Assembly: GCF_009914755.1 (NCBI RefSeq)
Contig: NC_060936.1
Strand: one strand, 5' to 3'
Source: the human T2T-CHM13v2.0 reference genome, Homo sapiens
Length of the DNA stretch: 64,000 nucleotides
This document shows, piece after piece, positions 29,440 to 44,734 of this stretch (position 1 is its first letter; each line of letters opens with the position of its first letter). Position numbers and translations under genes: made by a program. The notes beneath the pieces are model-generated. The model was not told where the DNA came from. It saw nothing but the letters and a program-made list of their open reading frames with translations, and made no database searches.

Positions 29440-30380
29440 TGGCAGAAGAGTTCATCTATGGATACATAATTAAGGGAGTATGGTTATTCTTAGAGATGAA
29501 TCCCCAGAGAATACTCTAAGGGTTCTGTAATTCATTAATTGAAAAAGCCTGACAAAGGTGGCTAAAGGAGTTTTTGGCTCCTTGATAATTGCTGGAGCTT
29601 TGTCGGCTTATGTGTAACGTATATGTCATTGTTCTCACATAGTGAGCAACTGGTTTCTTGATGCCATCTGGCATTTTTTGGCTAAACACAGATGCAACAC
29701 CATAAGGTGAAATACCAGTTTTAAGATAATAATAATTTATATTTATCATAATGTACTAGCCAAAAACCAGAAGCCAGTAACTACCTAAAAATATGTCTTA
29801 ATGTTGTTTTTATTGTGCTTGTGTTGTATTTTCTTTTTGATAGCAGTAGGCAATAAAATAGTTCAGCAACAATTGGATTTTGAGGGGGGAAAAGATGATA
29901 GAATTTTAATGAGCCCTTGTTTTTTGAATTGGCACACTGTTTTGAATAGGGTTAATGCATGGACACAGTACTCTAAAAAACGTGTTTGGAAACTTTTAGT
30001 TTACTTTTCGATTAGATCGCCAAGAACAGATTATTGGCATCAGATGTGCAATGATGAGCAACATGTACACAAAAACCATCATGTGTGGTATTGAGTCAAA
30101 CACACTGAAGCATTTCTGGGAGGTGAACTCTTAGTTGATAGCATGATCAAGCCATTCAAAAAAATATGGCATCATTATTGTAAGCTTAGAGAAACAGAGA
30201 CTCATTTTCATTTTCCAAAGTCAATTGAAATTCTTTACTTATGGAATTTAGATTATTCCTTTCTTGGGGAAGATAATTAATATATGAAATCATATACTGA
30301 AAATCAATTTTAAATATATGTGGCCATATGACATTTATTTTTCTCTTGAAATAATGACAATATATTGATCAGTGGTAGAC
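29440..30380 (-). mobile_element. Decayed Ty3/Gypsy LTR-retrotransposon pol relic (RT + RNase H)
   Basis: Minus-strand translation across frameshifts gives collinear motifs: FSKL..., FLEYCVHA, GLIK/FYHLFPPQNPIVAELFYCLL, LLASGFWLVHYD, GISPYGVASVFSQKMPDGIKKPVAHYVRTMT, DKAPAII/GAKN...FSINELQNP, LWGFISKNNHTPLIMYP. These match the Gypsy RT-thumb/RNase H pattern (DASPYGVGAVLSH.MPDG.E.P.AY.SRTL). Confidence 0.75.
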
Positions 30381-31206
30381 AGTACAGGAGGTGAAGCTGC
30401 CTGGGTGTCTGATTCACTGGGAAGTTGTGTGTTCATGGTCACACCTTTCCAGGCGGCTGTTGTGTTGACAGCAGCGGCACAGCCCTCCAGACATGTGGAA
30501 ATGCTTAGATGCATATTTTAAAATTAAAAGCTGAAGTTTCTCACAAAGGTTTTATTATAGCAAAAGGTAAATTTATAATTTTGAAGTGATTGGAGCTAGA
30601 TGAAACAACAGTTGTAATATTTAGTTCCCAAAAGAATAACTTAAAATTTTTATTTCAAAAACTCCTTATATATATTCATTCTCTATATAAATATATTTTT
30701 CAATTTATAAATTGATACATAATAACTGTACATGTTTATGGGATACATGTAATATTTTTACACCAGCATACAATGTAAGTAGAATACAAATTAGGGTAAG
30801 TAGAATATCCATCACCTCAAACATTTATCATTTCTTGGTGTTGGGAATATTCCACATTTTGTTTTCTATTTTGAAATACACAATAAATTATTTTTAACTA
30901 TAGTCACTCTACTGTGCTATCAAAACCTAGAACATATTCTTTCTATCTAACTGTATTTTTGTACTTGTTAACCAATCTTTCTTCACCACTGCCCTTCCCA
31001 GCCTCTAGTAACCATCATTCTACTCTCTACCTTATTGAGATCAACTGTTTGAGCTCCCACAAATGAGTGAGAACATGTGATATTTGCCTTTCTGTGCCTA
31101 ACTTATTTCACTTAACATAATGTCCTCCAGTTCCGCCCATGTTGTTGCGAATGACAAGATTTTATTCTGTTTTCTGGCTGAATAGTATTCTATTGTGTAT
31201 AGATAC

Positions 31207-32656
31207 TGAGAGGTGACAGCGTGCTGGCAGTCCTCACAGCCCTTGCTCACTCTCAGCGCCTCCTCTGCCTGGGCTCCCACTTTGGCGGCACTTGAGGAGC
31301 CCTTCAGCCCGCCGGGGCACTGTGGGAGCCCCTTTCTGGGCTGGCCAAGGCCACAGCCGGCTCCCTCAGCTTGCGGAGAGGTGTGGAGGGAGAGGCGCGG
31401 GCGGGAACCTGGGCTGCTCACGGTGCTTGCGGGCCAGCGTGAGTTCCGGGTGGGCGTGGGTTCCGCGAACCCCGTGCTCCAAGCCACCAGCCGGCCCCAC
31501 CGGCCCCGGGCAGTGAGGGGATTAGCACCTGGGCCAGCAGCTGCTGTGCTCAATTTCTCGCAGGACCTTAGCTGCCTTCCGGCGGGGCAGGTCTCCGGAC
31601 CTGCAGCCCGCCATGCCTGAGCCTCCCACCCGCTCTGTGGGCTCCTGTGCGGCCCGAGCCTCCCCGATGAGCGCCATCCCCTGCTCCACTGCGCCCAGTC
31701 CCATCGACCACCCAAGGGCTGAGGAGTGTGGGCACATGGCGCAGGAGTGGCAGGCAGCTCCACCTGCAGCCCCAGTGTGGCATCCACTGGGTGAAGCCAG
31801 CTGGGCTCCTGAGTCTGGTGGGGACGTGGAGAACCTTTATGTCTAGCTCAGGGATTGTAAATACACCAATCGGCACTCTGTATCTAGCTCAAGGTTTGTG
31901 AACACACCAATCAGCACCCTGTGTCTAGCTCAGGGTTTGTGAATGCACCAATTGACACTCTGTATCTAGCTACTCTGGTGGGGCCTTGGAGAACTTTTAT
32001 GTCTAGCTCAGGGATTGTAAATACACCAATCGGAACTCTGTATCTAGCTCAAGATTTGTAAACACACCAGTCAGCACCCTGTATCTAGCTCAGGGTGTGT
32101 GAATACACCAATTGACATTCTGTATCTAGCTACTCTGGTGGGAACCTGGAGAACCTTTGTGTCCACACTCTGTGTCTAGCTAATCTAGTGGGGAGGTGGA
32201 GAACCTTTGTGTCTAGCTCAGGGATTGTAAACGCACCAATCAGTGCCCTGGCAAAACAGACCACTCCGCTGGCTCTACTAATCAGCAGGATGTGGGTGGG
32301 GCCAGATAAGAGAATAAAAGCAGGCTGTCCCAGCCAGTGGTGGCAACCCGCTGGGGTCTGCTTCCACGCTGTGGAAGCTTTGTTCTTTCGCTCTTTGCAA
32401 TAAATCTTGCTACTGCTCACTCTTCGGGTCCACACGGCTTTTATGAGCTGTAACACTCACTGCGAAGGTCTGCAGCTTCACTCCTGAAACCAGCAAGACC
32501 ATGAGCCCACCAGAAAGAAGAAACTCCGAACACATCTGAACATCAGAAGGAACAAACTCCAGAGGCACCACCTTAAGAGCTGTAACACTCACTGCGAGGG
32601 TCCGCGGCTTCATTCTTGAAGTCAGTGAGACCAAGAACCCACCAATTCCGGACACA
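31207..32656 (+). mobile_element. Solo LTR12C (ERV9 LTR)
   Basis: Starts TGAGAGGTGACAGCGTGCTGGC and ends CCAATTCCGGACACA. Perfect 4-bp TSD 'atac' at 31203-31206 / 32657-32660. GC-rich U3 with 41-bp CCAAT enhancer repeats. Confidence 0.97.
31840..32345 (+). promoter_or_regulatory. LTR12C U3 enhancer repeats and promoter (NF-Y/GATA)
   Basis: CCAAT at 31866, 31907, 31948, 32026, 32108 and 32236. GT box ~32293-32302, AGATAAG 32304-32310, TATA-like AATAAAA 32313-32319. Confidence 0.8.
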
Positions 32657-33015
32657 ATACCACATTTTCTTTATCTGTTCATCTGTTAATAAACTTAGTT
32701 TGATTCCAATCTTAGCTATTGTGAATAGTTCTGTAATAAACATGGAAGCGCAGATATGTCCTCAATAATTATCTTGAAGATAACTTATGCAGGTATAAAT
32801 AAACTCATTTTTCAATATTCCTCTAAAAGACCATGGGACATACGTAATTATTCAAATTTCCTCCCTTTCTTCAGGTTATCAAATTCTCTCACATCAGATT
32901 CAGTCTTCTTGTGTGACACCTAAGTTCCATCAAGATTCAAGGAGATTTTATCAACTATGTAGTGACCACATCTTCTCTCCAACTTCACCATCCCCTGACT
33001 TCTTTATTTCTAGAC

Positions 33016-33330
33016 CAGCTTTGTCCACTGTGGTAGCCACTAGTCACATATGATATAGAGCATTAGATACAGAGCTGTCTCTAATTGAGATATGCTGTGT
33101 GTGAAACACAGCCTAATTGCAAAGATAGTATGAAATATGAATGCAAAATGCCTCATTATTGTTATACATTATTACTTATTGATTGTATGTTAAAATGAAA
33201 ATATTTTGGATACATTGGATTAAATAAAATATATTATTAAATTTTATCTGTTTCTTCTTACTTTTTAAATGTGACTAGAAAATTTAATATTAGATATGTG
33301 GCTCACATTATATTTCTGATGGTGCTGCTA
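33016..33330. mobile_element. MER33 (hAT-Charlie) DNA transposon
   Basis: 'gtggtagccactagtcacatatg...aattgagatatgctgt...ttaaatgtgactagaaaatttaatattagatatgtggctcacattatatttct'. Confidence 0.8.
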
Positions 33331-33559
33331 TTCTACAGAGTTTCACTTCCATTTTTCTCTATAGGTCACCCTCTGGATCTTGTCATACAGTTTAGGGTAA
33401 TGGTTTCTCTAGAGAAATGTCAAACTCCTGTGATTTATGTTGTGGCTAAGAACTACTATATGATTAAGAATGTGTGTGTGTGTGAGTGTGTGTGTGTGTG
33501 TATAATATCACCTAATTATGCAAATTGAAACCTCTACAAATTCAAAGCACCAACATGGG

Positions 33560-34440
33560 CTGGACGCTCATTGCTTTCTGACAATCCCGTAACTGATGTT
33601 TGATCAGCAACCTTTTTCATTCCTCTCAATAACAACGAACTCTCTTTAGTCTTAAAATTCCTACTCTCTTTGTCCCAGCTCTCAGCAAATAGGCTTGCCT
33701 CGTATTTATTTCAAAGATTGAGTTCATAAGGTATAAACTCTCTCAACACCTTTACACCTCACCAGTAAAATTTTCTGCGTCCTCACTCACATCTTTCTCC
33801 CTATTTCCAGTCTCAGAGTGAAAAATTTTCCTTCTGTTGAATGTCTTCCTTTCCACCTGAACCCGTGATCCTATGTGCTTTCAATTTTCTCTGCACCCCT
33901 ACTCATTAATTATCATACTTGTACTTCAGTGCCTTATACAAGCTCTTTTCTGCAAGCCTATAAAAATGGTCAGGTCTTCTTTATCCTAGGCACGATAATG
34001 AATCGACACACACACACCAAAAGCCTTCTAGCTTTTGACTGTTCTTTCTCTTCCTAGTCTCAAAAAAAAAAGTTAATGCTTGCTTTCTCCTAATTATCAT
34101 TTTTTTAATTTACTCCTCAATCCATTTAAATATGATTTCTGTGCCTACCCACAAAAACTATTCATACTAAAATTAGCAATGATCTCCTAATTGACAAATT
34201 AGTGGTCAGTTTTCAGATCTATGCTCCTTCCTACCAAAACTAACTGACAGAGTTGATCACTCTCTCCAACAACAATACATTTATTTGTGTTTTTTTCTAT
34301 CACTCTCAGGAATTTATTTTCCATTCTATCTCATGGGTATCTTTGCCTCTGCTACTGCCATAAATATTGGTGCTCTGCCGATTTTTCTTGTCAGTCTGTA
34401 CATTTCCTTTTTCCATGTACTCTTATTTTGTGGTCTCATA
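33560..34440 (+). mobile_element. L2 fragments
   Basis: 'caatgatctcctaattgacaaattagtggtcagttttcag...acagagttgatcactctct' and related pyrimidine-rich L2 sequence. Confidence 0.55.
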
Positions 34441-34464
34441 ACAACAAAAATGGCTCAAGAATAA

Positions 34465-34625
34465 AGGCAGAGTTTCACAGCACTGAGTACATAATTAAGT
34501 CACTTTGGATAATTTAAAAAATTTTAATGCCTGGGCCCCAGCACAATAACAATTAAATTAGAATTGCTATATTTTTTAAAGCTTCCCAGATGAATCTATT
34601 AAGCAACTGAGTTTAGAACCATTGA
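34465..34625. mobile_element. MER5A-like remnant
   Basis: 'aatgcctgggcccc...ttttttaaagcttcccagatgaatct...gtttagaaccattg'. Confidence 0.6.
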
Positions 34626-34792
34626 CTTTTGTTGTAATCTGTATGCTGATGTCAAACAATAGCACAAAGGAATTTAATTATTTTGCAAATCATTTAGTTA
34701 CATGTAAGATATTTGGTAGACCAGGTCAGGAAACAGAGATGGATACGGGATCTATAAGGTTAAAAAGCACAACTGGAAGAACTTTAAGGTTA

Positions 34793-35696
34793 GGAGGGAG
34801 GAGCCAAAATGGCCGAATGGGAACAGCTCCGGTCTACAGCTCCCAGCGTGAGCGACGCAGAAGACGGGTGATTTCTGCATTTCCATCTGAGGTATCGGGT
34901 TCATCTCACTAGGGAGTGCCAGACAGTGGGCGCAGGTCAGTGGGTGTGCGCAGCGTGCGCGAGCCGAAGCAGGGTGAGGCATTGCCTCACTCGGGAAGTG
35001 CAAGGGGTCAGGGAGTTCCCTTTCCTAGTCAAAGAAAGGGGTGACGGACGGCACCTGGAAAATCGGGTCACTCCCACCCAAATACTGTGCTTGTCCCACG
35101 GGCTTAAAAAACGGCGCACCACGAGATTATATCCCGCACCTGGCTCGGAGGGTCCTACGCCCATGGAGTCTCACTGATTGCTAGCACAGCAGTCTGAGAT
35201 CAAACTGAAAGGTGGCAGCGAGGCTGGGGGAGGGGCGCCCACCATTGCCCAGGCTTGCTTAAGTAAACAAAGGAGCCAGGAAGCTCGAACTGGGTGGAGC
35301 CCACCACAGCTCAAGGAGGCCTGCCTGCCTCTGTAGGCTCCACCTCTGGGGGCAGGGCACAGACAAACAAAAAGACAACAGTAACCTCTGCAGACTTAAA
35401 TGTCCCTGTCTGACAGCTTTGAAGAGAGCAGTGGTTCTCCCAGTATGCAGCTGGAGATCTGAGAACGGGCAGACAGCCTCCTCAAGTGGGTCCCTGACCC
35501 CTGACCCCCGAGAAGCCTAACTGGGAGGCACCCCCCAGCAGGGGCACACTGACACCTCACACGGCAGGGTACTCCAACAGACCTGCAGCTGAGGGTCCTG
35601 TCTGTTAGAAGGAAAACTAACAGAAAGGACATCCACACCAAAAACCCATCTGTACATCACCATCATCAAAGACCAAAAGTAGATAAAACCACAAAG
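34793..35696. promoter_or_regulatory. L1 5'UTR with sense and antisense promoters
   Basis: CpG-rich 5'UTR. YY1 site variant CAAAATGGCCG near the 5' end. ORF0 splice donors retained on the minus strand at 35138-35139 and 35053-35054. Confidence 0.8.
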
Positions 35697-36713
35697 ATGG
35701 GGAAAAAACAGAACAGAAAAACTGGGAATTCTAAAAAGCAGAGCGCCTCTCCTCCTCCAAAGGAACGCAGTTCCTCACCAGAAACGGAACAAAGCTGGAT
35801 GGAGAATGACTTTGACGAGCTGAGAGAAGAAGGCTTCAGACGATCAAATTACTCTGAGCTACGGGAGGACATTCAAACCAAAGGCAAAGAAGTTGAAAAC
35901 TTTGAAAAAAATTTAGAAGAATGTTTAACTAGAATAACCAATACAGAGAAGTGCTTAAAGGAGCTGATGGAGCTGAAAACCAAGGCTTGAGAACTATGTG
36001 AAGAATGCAGAAGCCTCTGGAGCCGAAGTGATCAACTGGAAGAAAGAGTATCAGTGATGGAAGATGAAATGAATGAAATGAAGCGAGAAGGGAAGTTTAG
36101 AGAAAAAAGAATAAAAAGAAACAAACAAAGCCTCCAAGAAATATGGGACTATGTGAAAAGACCAAATCTACGTCTGATTGGTGTACCTGAAAGTGATGGG
36201 GAGAATGGAACCCAGTTGGAAAACACTCTGCAGGATATTATCCAGGAGAACTTCCCCAATCTAGCAAGGCAGGCCAACGTTCAGATTCAGGAAATACAGA
36301 GAACGCCACAAAGATACTCCTTGAGAAGAGCAACTCCAAGACACATAATTGTCAGATTCACCAAAGTTGAAATGAAGGCAAAAATGTTAAGGGCAGCCAG
36401 AGAGAAAGGTCAGGTTACCCTCAAAGGGAAGCCCATCAGACTAACAGCGGATCTCTCGGCAGAAACTCTGCAAGCCAGAAGAGAGTGGGGGCCAATATTC
36501 AACATTCTTAAAGAAGAGAATTTTCAACCCAGAGTTTCATATCCAGCCAAACTAAGCTTCATAAGTGAAGGAGAAATAAAATACTTTACAGACAAGCAAA
36601 TGCTGAGAGATTTTGTCACCACCAGGCCTGCCCTAAAAGAGCTCCTGAAGGAAGCACTAAACATGGAAAGGAACAACCAGTACCAGCCACTGCAAAATCT
36701 TGCCAAAATATAA
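35697..36713 (+). pseudogene. L1 ORF1p with a premature stop
   Basis: Spans 338 codons (MGKKQNRK...). CGA>TGA stop at 35988-35990; the downstream in-frame part is ORF 36054..36713. Confidence 0.93.
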
Positions 36714-36776
36714 AGACCATCGAGACTAGGAAGAAACTGCATCAACTAACCAGCAAAATAACCAGCTAACATCATA

Positions 36777-40595
<3,819 letters not shown>

Positions 40596-41434
40596 ACAAT
40601 GAGATCACATGGACACAGGAAGGGGAACATCACACTCTGGGGACTGTTGTGGGGTGGGGGGAGGGGGAAGGGATAGCATTGGGAGATATACCTAATGCTA
40701 GATGACGAGTTAGTGGGTGCAGCACACCAGCATGGCACATGTATACATATGTAACTAACCTGCACAATGTGCACATGTACCCTAAAACTTAAAGTATAAT
40801 AATAAAAAATAAAAAAAATAAAAAAAAACACAACTGAAGTATTGAAAATACTTACTGTATTATTTTGAAAAGACATGAGAAGGGACATTGTTTTTACAAG
40901 ACCTATATTTATAAGACCTAATTTCTTATAAGACCTAATGAATGTTTTTAATGTCTCACAAGTTCTCTACAAATATACATATATTTATACAAAGATATAC
41001 ACATATTAATATTTATACACACACTGTCTCTGTTTCTCTCTTCTCTCACCCTGGTCTCTTTTGCCTAGACATAGCTCCTCCCCCAATATACTATCCCAGA
41101 CTCTCTGGCTCTGTAAATTTTTCCATCTCTTATTATTGTCATTTGTATAACAAAGGCCTAAGAGCTAATCAAAGCAAATAAAGAGCATTCTTCTTACATA
41201 CTGGGAAAGGGAAGGATTGAGACCTTCGCTTTTAATTGTAATGTATGCTTATATCTTTCTCTCCCACAAAAGTCATTTCAATGAAACTTTGGGTTCCTTG
41301 AGGGAGGCGATTATTTAAAATGGGTTTTTTTCCTTCCACGTGGTGTAGTATGCTTGTCCATAGGAATGACTTAAATTACATGTGAATAAATAAATAAGTC
41401 ACATTGTACTTTCCCTACTCAACTATAGTTACAC

Positions 41435-41580
41435 TCATTTCATTTATTTTTTCATTTATTGATTCATCACTTCCTTCTATTTCTCACCAAGCATTTATTG
41501 AACATCCTTTGCATACTAACAGCCAGAGATGAAGAGATTAAGAAACAAATCCTTTGTTTCAATGAATACACAATCTCATA
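41435..41580 (-). mobile_element. L2 3' end
   Basis: 'catttcatttatt...ccaagcatttattgaacatcc'. Confidence 0.55.
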
Positions 41581-42322
41581 CAGAATTTGTAAGCATTTGG
41601 ATTAGTGTTAGGCACATAGTAGGAATAATAAAAGTATTTATTAAGTTAAAATAAAGTAGTGCATACAATGTAAGCATTACTATAATTCAGAAGAAGGAGG
41701 GACTTGAGAATGAGAGGAATAATGAAGCCAGTTTGGATCTGATTGGAGTGTATAAGGATTGTGAAGTTTCCAGGTTGGAGGGGGCTGTTTCTAGAGAGTT
41801 AGAAAAATTGTTCTGGAGCTCGGAACTCAGGATAGAGGATTGGATTTAAGATGAAAATCCAGGAATCTTTAGGGTTTAAGTCATGGTTAAATCTTTGATA
41901 AAATCCAAAAGTGAAAAGAAGAGGATCAAGGGAAAAGTCCTGGGGATAATAACAAGTCAGTGCAAAGAGAGGTCTTCCAAAGGAGAGAAAAAAAGACTGG
42001 CCAAAAAGGTGAAGAAGAGCTTTTCAGGACTGGCTTCTTCTCATTGCTGAAGGCTTAGATCAAATGTCGCCTCTTCAATGAGTACTTGCCTTATCACATC
42101 ATGAAAAATAATACACACACCTCCCAAATCATGTTGTACTCCATTCCCTACTTTTAATAGGAAGGGAGGGAAGGAGGGGAAGAGAGAGGAAAGAAGGGAG
42201 AAAAGGAAATCAAATGAAGCAGCCACTACTTGACAGCAGCTTTTTTTGACAAGTTGTATTCTTAGTCCTCTTATGGCCAAATCTTTCAATTTGCCAAAAG
42301 AAGCCAGAAATTCAGATATTTA

Positions 42323-42426
42323 CCATATTTTATTATTTCAAAAAGATATTATTTTTCATGTTTTAACAACTCTGAAATCAGAGTGTGTCTTATAAATTGT
42401 GACATCTTAGATTAAATGAAATTAGG
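42323..42426. mobile_element. MER104-like Tc2/mariner MITE
   Basis: 'ta|ccatattttatt...ttttaacaactctgaaatcagagtgtgtcttataa...catcttagattaaatgaaattagg', with decayed terminal inverted repeats. Confidence 0.55.
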
Positions 42427-44024
42427 GATGTAAAATTTTCTGTTTTAAAATCACAAAACATCGCTTGGTTCAAGCAATACACGCTTGTTGTCTTGATTAA
42501 AAATTTCCCAACTGAGAACTTTAACCTAGACATTTTCTCACAACACCTTCCTTATATAAGCTCCATCCTACACTGTTTTTCTATTATATTCTACTCAACA
42601 ATTAAAATGCTAAATGATGAATACCGTGGAGAATGGCCCAGTCATTATCACTGTAGTTTACTTAAGAAAAGTATTAAGTAGAAGACAAAACAACATCTCA
42701 TTATTCTTAACTTTTGGACAGCATACAATGTGTGCCAAAAGCTATATATTGCACATATACAGATGCCTAGTCTTTGGCTTTAGTTCTAACTATAAGAAGC
42801 AAAAAAAGACAAAAAGAAATTAAAAGAAAACAAGAAGGAAGGGAAAATATCATCAAGGTGCCTTTGTCTGGCATTCACATCTTTGGCTGGTGGATACAGT
42901 CCTAGTTTATTCTCAGTCTATTTTCCTTTGAGGATTATGTGAACTGTCTCTTTATAGCCTTTAACAGATGTTAAGAAATTACATAAATGAAACTATATAT
43001 AAATAAATTCCTCTATGCTAGGAAAGTGAGTAATTGGGAGAAGTTAAAGTGTATTTTAGCTATTCCAAGATTTAAGGGGAAGAATCCAAAACCTACATAA
43101 TGTTCATTCTACGTAGGACAAAGAAGCCCAAGAAATGCAATTTTCTATAAGGGGAAATAACTGTTGCTTCTTCTTTGCCTCTCCTTTTCATATTGAGGTC
43201 TATTTTTAGCAGGAAATACTAGTTGAGTTCTAGCCGATGTGTTGTGCTTAGAAAAGAAATGCAAATACCTGTTATTACCTTCTTAAATACAGGCAACAGC
43301 TTCATAGTTCTACTTAATATGAAAGAATAAGCTGTTCTAACTGCCATTTTGATCTCGTGATGTGTTTAATAAAAAACACATAGCAGTAAATGGTTGTGTT
43401 TGGTTCGTGTGTTGACATAAATCAATTTATAAACTCTAGGTTACATTTAATGTGGTATTTTACATTTTGCAAATAGCACACTGAGAACATGAGAACATTA
43501 CAGCTTTTATTTCACACATTAATATCAACAATGAGCTTTGATGTTTTATGATGTTAAATCACCTCTAAGGCCTTAATTTATCAGAGAACCATCTAGAAAC
43601 CCATTTATTATAGAAGTTGGGGAAATATATCTGAGAATGATTTATTGACTAGCAACTTCTACTTTCTAAATTAAAAATGCAGAATATAAAAAGTAAAGAT
43701 TAAAATGTTCTTTTTAGTATACACATTTTAAACATAAATATATTTCTTTAGAAATCAGAATTGTAAGGAATATTTTAAGTTTTAAGAAAGTACAACTGTT
43801 AAAATGGTTACATTTTAAGCAATATTTTTAATGTAAATATGAAGGACGACATAGGATTAAGTATTTTAGTTCATGAATTTAAGTATACTCTTGAAACATG
43901 GTGTCTATGGACCATGAAAGAAGAATTTCAAGGACAATGGAAACTATATTGTTGTACAGCAAAGAGAAAACTAGACAAGACTAGGACTTTAGATAACAGA
44001 ATTGAAATATAGAGCCTATGTTTA

Positions 44025-44278
44025 ATATAGCACGGAGTTTAAATTATAGAATTTGGAGTCTGTGATATGTCTAAATTCAAAGCTTACCTTTGCTATTCAC
44101 TTGATATGTAAACTTCAAGATTCCTTACCTGTCTCAGACTCGTTTTTCTCGTCTAGAAAAGGAAGGTAATACTATTTAATTCACAGAGTTATTGTGAAAT
44201 TAAATAAAATAACAGCTATGATCTGTTAGTACCTGGTTAGCACATAATAACTCATCAACAGTCGTGGTTCAGTTATTA
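44025..44278 (+). mobile_element. MIR, near full length
   Basis: tRNA-like head, core 'gtttttctcgtctagaaaaggaaggtaatactat...cacagagttattgtgaaattaaat' and tail. Confidence 0.7.
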
Positions 44279-44734
44279 ATTCAACAAATAAGTATGTAGC
44301 ATTTGCTTCGTGCAAGATAAACAGAAGGTAGTCTTTTATTTTGAGAGGCTCAGGGTCTGGAAGAGGAAAAGATATAAATCATAATTAGAGTAAGATGTAC
44401 AGAAGTATTGTCAAAGTATAAAGGCCACAGAGGACTCCACTAGGCCCTGAAACTTCAAAGCTACTTGAGGAAGTCAGGGTCAATACCAGGTTCTTAAAGG
44501 GAACTGAGAGTCTGTCTGGTACTTAGGAAAATCTGTAGATACTCATGGGGATCCAAGGGAGTTAGAAGAGGAAATTGCCAATGAGACAATATGTGTGAGG
44601 TCTTAAACTCATGGGCCTTATATAAAAGTGAGTGGTTCAAAAAGACTGAAGCCACCCCAGGTTAATCACTCCACGATCCTATTATTAGGTGGTATGTTTC
44701 TTAAACAAAGTGGTAGTACAGGAATTATTGTTTC

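Larger units (their letters stand above)
30695..32765 (-). mobile_element. L1MA 3' fragment split by the LTR12C
   Basis: The antisense L1MA sequence '...gaatagtattctattgtgtatagatac' resumes after the LTR as 'cacattttctttatctgttcatctgtt...gctattgtgaatagt'. Confidence 0.88.

Noticed and set aside
31840-32245. Regularly spaced repeats resembling a CRISPR array
   Set aside because: They are the known 41-bp ERV9 U3 enhancer repeats with no unique spacers, in a eukaryotic context.
31098-32655. Multiple overlapping ORFs up to 229 aa
   Set aside because: These are stop-poor frames of the GC-rich LTR12C and are not evidence of a gene.
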